A DNA stretch of 64,000 nt from Auanema rhodensis (taxonomy: Eukaryota; Animalia; Nematoda): the NCBI GenBank assembly GCA_964057225.1, contig OZ059896.1, positions 15,748,001 to 15,812,000 of the forward strand, in the 5' to 3' direction. The position numbers and the translations under genes are program-made. This document shows, one piece after another, positions 1 to 10,932 of this stretch; positions within the stretch are counted from its first letter, which is position 1; every line of letters begins with the position of its first letter. The notes under the pieces were generated by a model. The model was not told the origin of the DNA. It did not search any database and worked only from the letters and a program-made list of their open reading frames with translations.

Positions 1-3000
1 TGATATCTGAAACATTTGTATTGTTATGTAAATAAAATTTATGAATTCAACAGATTTAATCTCTTCTTCAGTTAATTCTTTGGACTCGAACATCTTTTGA
101 ATATTACCAAGAGTTTTACTCATATATTCAAATGATTTTTGACTTGTTAGCGATTGAACAACAATGTCTGGAACACAAATATCTTATCAGAATAATTGTA
201 ACCAGATCAAAACCTAAACTCGTTTCAGCAAATTCAGCCGATGGATAGATTTTAGCACCATTTATTAGGATTCCATATGTTTCATTTCTAATCAGTATAC
301 CTGACTCTACATCTATACTTCCAGACTCGAATTCGAGTCGACTCCTATAAGTCAAATTGAGATTTTCCTTCGAAAAATGAATATAATCTAACCAGTCATG
401 TGATTCTGAATACTTTGAGTACATATATGAAGAAATTGTGAGAAAGTTCAATGAATCATAAACTTCCAGCTTTACATGAATATCATATAAAATGATATGA
501 TTAACATCATTTTCCCATAAAATCATATATGTATCATATAGCTCTACTGTCCAAATCCCTGATAGTTCTAACGTGTCGTCTAGTAAAACCTAAATGAACG
601 AATAGATTTTATATGAAAAATTCTCTTTCATTACATTTCCTTTAACCACAACATTTTGATGATTTTGAAGATTTCTCTTTATTTCTTCAAAAGATTTTGG
701 GAACTCAATCGAGAAAGAAGTCATTTTTATATTTTGATAACTGCGAGATATTTCAGGTAAGCGTGAATCTAAATTGTAAATTTAAAACAACTTGTTTGAT
801 GAGCACGAAATACTTGGTAAACGGGTGGAAACAGTTGGCGGGAAGTATGTAGAAGATTCGATAAAGATTGTGTGGTATCCTGTAAGATTTGAATTCAACC
901 AAGTGAGATCTACATCTGGAATAAATAGAGTTAGCAGATTATTATACAATAAACATGCTTTCAAAAATCAATATTGAATCAAACATTTGAAGAATTCGAG
1001 GATTAATTGGCAAGCATTCGATTACACTACCAGTTATGGTAAATGATCCTGATTTTCCACGAGATTTTAAAAAATTGAAATAGCCATTACTACAATTGCT
1101 AATTATTGATTTTTAATAAATGAAAAAATAGAAAAACCTTAACTTTATTGAATAATTCACTTCAGAGAATAATATTTGAAATATTAAATTAAAAACTGGT
1201 GTCTTAATACCGTTTTTCATATTAGAAAACGTGGAATTTGCAATCTAAATCTGATTAATATTGTTTTATCTTTTCTCTTACATTGATTGTTATAGTTAAT
1301 TCATATACAGGTAAGATTCCACTAATTGTAACATCTTTACTTTTCTTTTTGAATTGGTTTTCTGAAGTCTTCGATACATTCCAAAGCTTGAAACCACTTG
1401 AACTCTCAACCATATTATCCATGTTTATCTGAAATTCACAAGAATTCTTATATAACGAGATGAAAAACAAGCCGTTGTTTCATTGAATAAATCAACTGTC
1501 CAACTATCTCTGATCAATATTCGAGATTGATAAAAGGATTGATATGCTGTTATGTTGATAGATGTATCATAAACGCCATTCATATGGATAGTAGTAGTCG
1601 GTGAACTTTGAATAAGAGTAAGTTCCACACTTGGACTTAGTGACAGCCCTGCTTGAATATATCCATAGAACCATAAAGTGTTATTTCTCACCGAAATCTA
1701 ATAATCTATCGTGTTTCTTTTTTCTAATAAAATTAATAAATAATACCATTCCATCTGATATAACATATGTATTTCCATTACTATGTATAATTCCATATGG
1801 AAGTGCATACGATCCTACGAATTCTGATATATCCTTAATCAACAAAATAATTACAAAATTTGAAGTTTGCTATAGCTGGTTAGAGAGTGAACCAGTGCTT
1901 GTAGATCACCTTTATCAAATCAATATGAAAACCATTGCTGAAATCTAAAGAATCCAAGAGATAATTCAGTGTTGTTAACAATGTATCATATGACTGGATT
2001 TCAACATTACTAAGAACTTCAAATATTTCTTCCAATTTCTACAAGTATATCCGAAAAATAGAAAAAGAAAAACATAAAACTAACTTTAGACCATATTTCG
2101 TTAGATTTCAGAAATGTTTCTTGAAGTTCTGCAAGAGTATTATTCATTTTTGCTCCATTTGAGTTCTAAATTTCTAATTAAATCCAAATAGAATAATAAA
2201 TCTGATAGCTAACCACTAACAAATGTTTCATCAACGATAATGTCGAATCTTCCTTTAATAAAAATAAAAATGTACCATCTTATCGTGTTATATTACCTGC
2301 TTCAAATATTCAAATCCTAGAAAATCAGTGTAAAAACTAGAACGAAGAATAGTTAATTCAGCTATTTTCGTATTAAGGATACTGAAATATGGATCAGCAC
2401 TTTTTGCAAATGCCGATATCGTTGAAAGACTTTTCGTTGTCATTTCCTCAGGAAATTCCGAAGACACAAACATGTCAATTGGTTCAATGGTTGCGACAGT
2501 CGGAATACTGTTCAAATCGGATGGATTATAAGTGGATGAAATAATTTGAGAATTATGATCATAATAGATGGATGAACTTGAAGAAACTATTCTATTCGTT
2601 ATACAAGGAGATTTCGAGGTAAGTGTAGAAGAAATTGATCTTAATAATGTAGGTGATGAAGATTGGATTGATGATGTTGGAGAAAATATAGAGATATTTC
2701 CAATTAATGAAATTCTAAAATCATTCGGCAAATAAGTATGAACAAAGTAGTTTTCATTTGTTTTGTTGAGCGTTTAGTTGATGTTGCTAGAGCAGTGGAG
2801 TTTTTCGCTGCTGTTGGTATTGAAGTTGAGCTTTTCGTTGATATTGCAAGAGTAGTGGAGCTTTTCCTTTCTGTTGGTACTGAATTTGAGCGTTTAGTTG
2901 ATGTTGCTAGAGTAGTGGAGCTTTTCCTTTCTGTTGGTACTGAAGTTGAGCTTTGCGTTGATGTTGCTAGAGTAGTGGAGCTTCTCGTTGATGTTGCAAT

Positions 3001-5006
3001 AGTGGAGCTTTTCGTTGCTGTTGGTACTGAAGTTGAGGTTTTCGGTAATATTGTTGGAGTAGCGGAGCTTTTCGTTGCTGTTGATACTGAAGTTGAGGTT
3101 TTCGGTAATATTGTTGGAGTAGCGGAGCTTTTCGTTGCTGTTGATACTGAAGTTGAGGTTCTCGTTGATGTTGTTAGAGCAGTGGATCTTTTCGTTGCTG
3201 TTGATACTGAAGTTGAGGTTTTCGGTAATATTGTTCGAGTAGCGGAGCTTTTCCTTTCTGTTGGTACTGAAGTTGAGCTTATCGTTGCTGTTGGTACTGA
3301 AGTTGAGGTTTTCGGTAATATTGTTGGAGTAGTGGAGCTTTTCGTTGCTGTTGGTACTGAAGTTGAGGTTTTCGGTAATATTGTTGGAGTAGCGGAGCTT
3401 TTCGTTGCTGTTGATACTGAAGTTGAGGTTCTCGTTGATGTTGTTAGAGCAGTGGATCTTTTCGTTGCTGTTGATACTGAAGTTGAGGTTTTCGGTAATA
3501 TTGTTCGAGTAGCGGAGCTTTTCCTTTCTGTTGGTACTGAAGTTGAGCGTTTAGTTGATGTTGCTAGAGTAGTGGAGCTTTTCCATTCTGTTGGTGCTGA
3601 ATTTGAGCTTTTCGTTGATATTGCAAGAGTAGTGGAGCTTTTCCTTTCTGTTGGTACTGAAGTTGAGCGTTTAGTTGATGTTGCTAGAGTAGTGGAGCTT
3701 CTCGTTGATGTTGCAATAGTGGAGCTTTTCGTTGCTGTTGGTACTGAAGTTGAGGTTCTCGTTGATGTTGTTAGAGCAGTGGATCTTTTCGTTGCTGTTG
3801 ATACTGAAGTTGAGGTTTTCGGTAATATTGTTCGAGTAGCGGAGCTTTTCCTTTCTGTTGGTACTGAAGTTGAGCTTATCGTTGCTGTTGGTACTGAAGT
3901 TGAGCTTTTCGTTGCTGTTGGTACTGAAGTTGAGCTTATCGTTGCTGTTGGTACTGAAGTTGAGCTTCTCGTTGATGTTGCAATAGTCGAGCTTTTCATT
4001 TCTGTTGGTACTGAAGTTGAGCTTTTCGTTGCTGTTGGTACTGAAGTTGAGCTTCTCGTTGTCGGTATCGAAGTTGATCGTTTCGTCGTTGTTGGTATGG
4101 AGGTGGATCGTTTCGTCATTGTTGGTACAGTAGTAAGACCTTTCGTCGTTCTTGTCGGTACCGAAGTAGAACATTTCGTCGTTGTTGTCGGTACCGAAGT
4201 TGTGCGTTTCGTCGTTGTTGGAATCGAAGTTGATCGTTTCGTCGTTGTTGTCGGTACCGAAGTAGAACGTTTCGTCGTTGTTGTTGGAACGATAGGTATA
4301 GTAACCCGGACGAAAGGGTTACCTTAACATATAAAATAAATAAATTTTAGAGTAAATATAATATACAGTATAAAGTGATACTTGAACAGAAACCAACAGT
4401 ATATATGTTTCCATCTATAAAGGCATCTCCAGCAATGCGCATGTTTGGAAACATCCTAAATGTTTTTCCATCTTTTTCAATAAGCGCTGAAAGAATATTA
4501 AACGCATAATTACATTTTTTGACCTAAATTTAAGAATTTAAAAGGAATGAAAGCTTTAAAAACCGAAGCGATGGGTTTCAAATTTAAAATTTGAGATCTT
4601 GTCATGTTTTGATATTCTTTAATTTTTAACATATTCTGCTGCTTTTCTGTTAGCCCATAATTGACTTGGGTTACATTCCCTATACATTCCTACAATAGAA
4701 TTTTAAATTAAAGCATAAATTGGAAGCTTAACATCATCTTGAGCTGAAAATATTTTTTAAATAAAAAACTTTACTATTTTTTCTTTATACCGATATCTTG
4801 TTCCGTAGCATATCCATAGATTCGTCGAGGCTTCGAAAATGTAGGAGTGTATTCAACTTCTAAAATAATTTTTATATTTTCATCTTTACAGATATCATTA
4901 TCACCATTGCATTTCAAAGAATATATCTGAAAAGAATCAAAATTAATAATAAATTTAAGAAGAAACTCACAAGTAAAAGTAGAAAAGCCCAGCCACATAT
5001 TTGCAT
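1..5006 (-). CDS. Large secreted mucin-like protein (signal peptide, small Cys-containing N-terminal domain, about 500-aa Ser/Thr/Lys repeat, long non-repetitive C-terminal region); multi-exon, 3' end unresolved
   Basis: Manual splicing: ATG at 5006, exons 4971-5006 and 4791-4926 give the signal-like MQICGWAFLLLLIYSLKCNG. These are followed by an 11-nt exon 4733-4743, exons at about 4564-4689 and 4368-4523, and a large exon 2744-4322 (PTTTTKRSTSVPT... repeats). Exon 2298-2714 and further GT/AG-bounded exons follow (ORFs 1425-1691, 1255-1470, 128-526). No family is recognised for the non-repeat parts, and the C-terminal part could be a second gene. Confidence 0.65.
2770..4290 (-). repeat. Coding tandem repeat built from 30-nt/10-aa modules (e.g. 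TKSSTSVPTA, TKSSATPTILPKTSTSV) with higher-order blocks
   Basis: Repeated gttgctgttggtactgaagttgagcttttc-type units are visible. The block KSSATRTILPKTSTSVSTATKRSTALTTSTRTSTSV occurs three times in ORF 2704..4119. Confidence 0.95.
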
Positions 5007-5637
5007 GATGACACACAGCAACTGAAGATTGGTTACTACGACAGCTAATTTCAGTTTTCATATTAGATTGTGTTACCTGGATATACATACTTAGTTAATA
5101 GCATTAGTCAAGACAACTATTGTACAGCAAAGAACATGTAAATCATAGTTTGTAAACAAAATAATGAACATAACAGTTTTGTCTGTTGTTTTATAACAAA
5201 TTGACAGAACTATTCTCTTATTGGCTAAATTCAAACGCAAATTTCAAAATTTTGATATTAACCAATGAGCGAATGCTAATATGAAATGATTATATCACAT
5301 CATAATTATTATTGTTTATTTGTTGTTAATATTGAAAATATAATTGATCACCTTAAAAATAAATATTTCGGTTCTATTATAATATTTATAATTCAATATT
5401 ATTGATTTACATAAGGTTTTCAAATAAAGAAACAATCTTTATTTGGAAATACTGTAGTGACCATGTCACTCTTCAATATATCAAAATGTTTCATATTGAA
5501 GGTCAAATAGAGGAGATATATAAGGAATTTAAATATTCTGAAAATATGAATACGGTAAGAAACATTCATATTGTAAGTTTTACTTTATTTATAAAATTTA
5601 TTAAAAATAAAATTTCTTTATATTTATAGGTTTTAAT

Positions 5638-6434
5638 ATGATTAATATTATTTTATTTCTTATTCACATTCAGTACAGTATTCAATGTATGCCAACAAAT
5701 TCTGATATGGGTTTGTCATTAAAGAATTGTTGAAATATTTGTCCAAAGATTTATTTAGAAACAACGACTATTCGTTATACTACAACAGTATCAGGTAATA
5801 AATGTTTCATAACGATTAGTTTTTGTTAATTTGATTTCAGTAAATCATATTCCATAAATCTGATACATGGGGCTTTTTATCCTCTTATGTATTAGATATT
5901 ATTACAATTACTATTTTCAGGAAAAGAAACAACCTTATACATGACCACAGCTGACAGTCAATTGACTACAAATGAGCACCTCTGGACTACAACTAGTTAC
6001 TGGCAATCAACAACGCATATTGATCAAACTTCTTCTATTTATGATACTTCAACATCAGGTTATTCTTAGTTTTACTATTGAACAAATAATTCTTGTAGTT
6101 TCATTTGAATGTATTAATTTGGAAAATCTTGTCAATGAATCGGATTCAGAGAACGTTGTCATACAGTATTAATTAAATATAAGTTCACATTTGCCAAATA
6201 CATAATCTATTTAGTGATGAAGGAATGGGAAAAATGATAGTTTTTTGTAAAACTGGAGACGTTATTGTAGGTTTTCAAACATCCTTACTGAGAAATTTTT
6301 TTTTTCAGGCGAATGATGGTGATATATCCGGCTTCCAACTAGATATTCGATGTTTTGATGAGAAATGGCATTTTGAAGATAGAAAGATTACTGATATTGG
6401 TTGTGAGAAGGATGGAACGAGTAGGAAAAAATGA
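5638..6434 (+). CDS. Small secreted protein with Thr-rich linker and C-terminal nematode C6-like (4-Cys) domain
   Basis: Exons at about 5638-5710 (MINIILFLIHIQYSIQCMPTNSDM: signal peptide plus CxPT), 5759-5794, 5921-6058 (Thr/Ser-rich), 6099-6166, 6215-6266 and 6309-6434 (..LDIRCFDEKWHFEDRKITDIGCEK..*). Phases are consistent. The C-x4-W-x5-IT-x-I-x-C ending resembles C6 domains. Confidence 0.7.
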
Positions 6435-6646
6435 AAAGTTTTCCAAAATCTTTTATTTCATAATTTCGTTCCAAATTTTAGAATAAAAGTTTGAAGATTC
6501 AAAGAATAAACGATATTTATAGAGAATAGAGTAATTCATAAAATCGAAAATATGATTTCTTTAACTAAAACATCACTTAGGCACAGAATTTGGTTTCGAA
6601 AATTAACAAACAATATATAGTTATTCAATTTAACTTAAAAATGCTG

Positions 6647-9367
6647 TTAATTCATAAATATTAAAAGAATTATGAAGGTTATGATAAATGTTGTAACATG
6701 CAATGATGACGATGATACCAGCGACATTCCATTACATAAGGGTCCTCTACATGAGCAAACACTATAAATAGTATTATTAATAATAAGAAAATGATCAAAA
6801 TATTTATTATTCAACTATTATCTAAAGTTTTGAATTTATCGAATATTCTGTAAAGTTTCAAAACATTAAGATGACACGTGGCAGTTTGATATCTATGAGT
6901 TATTATTACAAACAGACAAATGACTTTACATAGAAGATATTATGATCAGCTGTTTCAATTAATTTGATTTTCTAGTAATTGGTCTTAGATGGAACAGAGA
7001 TTGCTTATTATTCATTAAATCTTAAAGTATTAGTTTTGACTGAAAAGACTCACAAGATCGATAGTTGATAACTCCTTGATGCAACTTCTATTGATATATT
7101 AGTTAGAATTAAGCATAATGATTAGATGTAATACATTGATCACCTGTTGTTTCAACATCATCATATGAACAAGTTCATCAATCAAGTTTATTACAATTTT
7201 TCTTCAAATACCCAATTATGATTGAATATATCAAAATTAACCATTATTTTTTACTCAAAATAATTTTGAATTTTAAACTAAGGAAACTTTAGAAGTCTTC
7301 AAAGGAAGATCACTCGTCTTTGTCATGCAATTGGATTTGCAAAGGATTAACTTGACAGTCGTCTGCCATTTCAATAGATTTGTAGCTACAAATTTAAAAA
7401 TTCAGGAACATATTTGAAATAGTTTAAAGAAGAAAGCATATTTTTAACATATTCATGTATATGCATCAAGATTATTTAATATATCTTTTTATCGGAAACA
7501 GCAAGTACTGACGAACCTCATTGTGGATTCCTGTGGTTTTCCACCGGCAACCAATTGACTAAGATTAAAAGTATGACAGAATGAATGAGTTGACAATGCT
7601 CCAACAGTTGAAGAACGATTAAAGCCAAACAAGAGAATTGAACTCCAACAACCTCGGATGTAACCTTTCGCTCCTGTTCCTGTAATATCATTGGATTAGC
7701 TACAATATTTATGAATCCCTTACATATAAGGGCTATGGGAATCAAAAACAATATTCATGGATACATGTATTTCTTATAAGTACAATTACGCTTTTACATT
7801 CACTACGAAGCTTATAATTGGATGCTTGAACAGCTATGAAGCAAGAGAAGGATTAGGTCAAGTGCATGACTATAACATCATTTAGCCGAAACAACATCAA
7901 GACCATATCCTATTTGACTAATCAGTCAACTTCCGCTCACAGTATTGAACAAAATATATATTTTCAATCATTCTCTAATCATTAACTGCAGCATTACAGT
8001 AATAATACTAGAAAAAAGTTGATTTCTCCTACTCTAGTCAAGTGTTTGGCTTCTGAATTTGATTTTCTTTTGAATTGGTGGTTTCTTTGAAATACAGTAT
8101 ACTGCAAGGCCAAGATAGAAGGCGGAGCAAACGGAAAAGAGGAACGATGTCAAGATAGGAAATGTAATTCGGTCATCTGTCTTGAAGATTTGATGATGAG
8201 CAAAGAGTTAGATGTTAGATAGCCAAATATAAATCTATCTTTCTGAAATACATAAAGAGAACATTGAGTCTTTTAACTTTATAATACATTTTCTATATTG
8301 AATCAGAAAAAAAGGGACTGAAAATTGATGAATTTAAAAGACAAAAAATAGATTATATGTTATATTTGAATTAAATATATAAATTGTTATATTATATTAT
8401 TCGTCAACAGGTATAGGAGGAATAGTTGAATATTTTGAGATTGACGGATGACACTCTTTGTCAATCTTCTTCACACGTTTTGTCGCTGCAATTCGAGTCA
8501 TGACAGGGAAATATCGATGAAGTATATGTATGTGTGTAGTGAAATCATTTTTCACTTCAATAAAGAATGAATCAAATACATTAAAAAGATAATTCATATG
8601 ATAAGTTCAAAAGTTATGCAGAAGAATTTTTCTGAATGTCCTGATTCCTCTAAATATAGCTTCGCGCTTATACAATTATTATGGCACCACATGTTCAGAA
8701 TGAATGTCAGTTAAGAGTATAAATTATTATAAATATTCAATAAAAAAGAAAAAAAGTTAACAAGTTTGGAAAAGAAACAAGCATTACCTATCTTCAAATC
8801 TTCTACCATAGATATGCAATTAGAGTCATCGTCACAATGTGTTGTGGGAACATCAGATCCTCGTGCATGTGGATCTCTAGAAATCATGAAAATCATTCAC
8901 ATAAAACTATGTAAACCTGAAATTGAGGAAGTCTGAATTCAGTTTTCTCACTGTCTTCCTTAACACATCATTGCCAGCCTACCTGCAAGAGTCGGTGAAA
9001 GCTCGCGGTTCTTGATAGATTCGTGCATAACCGGCAAACTGCCATGTAGCACCATAATAACGGGACATACAGCTATAGCATTTTTGCGTTCCCGTATATA
9101 CTGAAAATTCATTTTTAATTTAAACGTAGGTCAAATAAAAGTAAAAAAAGACATATATAATCATTTCTATATTCATATCATTATGATGAAAATTATATTT
9201 GTAGTAGAAAGCACATTGAACTGATGCATTATAAAACGAATAATGTTTCAAATAAAGAAAAAAGGTATTGTTTTTGAAATTGAAATAAGAAGTATTTTAC
9301 CTCGTGGACTATAGTTATACGAGTAAACGGAAGCTAGATGTAGGATAAGAATCGGCAATTGTAGCAT
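6647..9367 (-). CDS. GPI-anchored Ly6/three-finger protein of the ODR-2/HOT family
   Basis: Exons 9301-9367 ([16 protein letters not shown], signal peptide), 8983-9100 ([32 protein letters not shown]), 8788-8876 ([29 protein letters not shown]), 7517-7679 ([12 protein letters not shown]...FCHTF) and 6647-6761 ([10 protein letters not shown], Ser spacer, hydrophobic tail, stop). All splice phases match. CYSCMS, YIRGC and CSCxxxLCN are hallmarks of this family. The specific hot paralog is not assignable. Confidence 0.92.
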
Positions 9368-10308
9368 TATGCATGTTCATCGTTGCTCCATCTTCCGGCA
9401 TCCACTTAAAGTACTGAAAAACGATGAGATTACTTTAAATAAAGTGTTTCCTTCATATTAATAAATATGAATAAGACATATAAATATTGAAAAATAGGTT
9501 AATCGTGTTTGTTATATGTATAGTGATTTCCAGAAGAACTAATCATTAATTTTATCAAAAGTTTATTTTTTTTTTCAACAAAGAAAACTAAAATAAAAGA
9601 ATATTTTTATACTTTGTAGAGATATATTTCATAAAAGAACTGACAGAATTTAAGAATATCACGTTAAAATATGGTTTTTGAAATGAAAGGTCAAACATAC
9701 AACTTGCAAGAGAAGAAAATGAAAGGTTAAATTGAGTTTTCGAATCAAATTACAAGTTATGAACACGATATAATACGAAATTTAGTATATATCATGTTAT
9801 AAAGCTTCCCCTACACCTAAGTTTATGTTTAGACGTATTGCGCGCGATATATAAGTTTATAATTCTTTTAAATTAGAGGGTAGGTAGAAAATGAAATAGG
9901 TAAAAATGAAAATAATTAGAAGTTGAATCAATAACGTTACGGCAAATTGGTCGACATGTTCCCCGGGAGGTATATGAGCCGTGACAAGATAGCTCACAGC
10001 GATGGGCGGAGCTAAGCTCAAGAAGACGACAGCTTCTCTTCATCAGATCGTTAGTGAACTATCCATCTTTTGCAAGATATACGATAAATTTAAGTATTTT
10101 CTTTTTGATTTCTTTTCTGTATAACAAGAATATACAGAGCACAATAAATAATAATTGAAAAATATTAAACTGAAAATATAAATTCTAATACACAGTTTTT
10201 ATTCTAAAACTCAATTAAGATTATAAATAAAGCTGATTTATGATTCAGGCGGATGTAAAGAAAACTCAAACATTTTTTTCCTTCTTTAGTAGTTTGAAAG
10301 AAAAGGAA

Positions 10309-10932
10309 GGGGCTTGTTTAGGAGCCGCCACCACCTATTCTAACCTTATTTGCCGGTATCATTTTGCAGCAGAAGGGATGTGATTCCAATTAGGTCTAGA
10401 TTATTAATCCACCTTCTACACTACCGGTTGCTGAAGTCTATAGAGTTTCTCCAAAACTATAATATCTTGCCTAAAGAAAGATCTTGCTCCGGAGAAATAA
10501 TGAAACTAATGAGTGGAAGGCAAAGATTCCGGTAAAACCCAAACATTGATAAATGATAACCCGAAAACTTTTTAGGGTCTAAATTAAGCTAAAATACAAT
10601 AATCATGTTCATTTTTGCATGGTTCAACAACTTTCTAACTTGGAAGTTTGCCTATGAGCAGCTTGGTATTGGTTATAAGCCAACATTTGTGGATTGAACC
10701 AACTATTTAAGTGAAATTTGTACTTTCAAGCATCTGAAAACCAACGAGAAAATAGAAGGTCCAGGAAAAACTGTAGAGATTGATGAAACTTTGTAGCTAA
10801 ACGGAAATATAAAACAAGGGGGGTAATTAATCGAATTTGGGTCTTGTAGGGAAACTAAAGAATGCTTTCTCTACAGGCTAAGAATTATTCTATAGTGTTT
10901 TGTTGGGTGGTGGCAGCTCCTAAACAAGAGCC
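10309..10932 (+). mobile_element. Decayed, internally deleted Merlin-superfamily (IS1595/ISXO2-like DDE) DNA transposon
   Basis: TIRs: GGGGCTTGTTTAGGAGCCGCCACCACC from 10309, and the reverse complement GGCTCTTGTTTAGGAGCTGCCACCACC ending at 10932. Flanks AAAAGGAA / AAATGAAA match at 6 of 8 positions (possible 8-bp TSD). The transposase relic at 10683-10870 reads TFVD*TNYLSEIC...KIEGPGKTVEIDET/VAKRKYKTRG...IWVL/RETKECF, with a stop and frameshifts. Confidence 0.85.

Noticed and set aside
3671-4174. Asn-rich 167-aa ORF on the - strand
   Set aside because: Alternative frame of the same repeat; not connected to the spliced frame.
2738-4327. 529-aa Val/Glu-rich ORF on the + strand
   Set aside because: Antisense shadow of the Ser/Thr repeat exon; the - strand has the signal peptide and consistent splice sites.
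8097-8222. Short Cys-containing + strand frame ([20 protein letters not shown]..) in the Ly6 intron
   Set aside because: No start or partner exon found and no recognisable motif; compatible with chance.
9940-10070. GC-rich island with CTGATGA plus a stem on the - strand (hammerhead-like)
   Set aside because: The required GAAA after stem II is absent.
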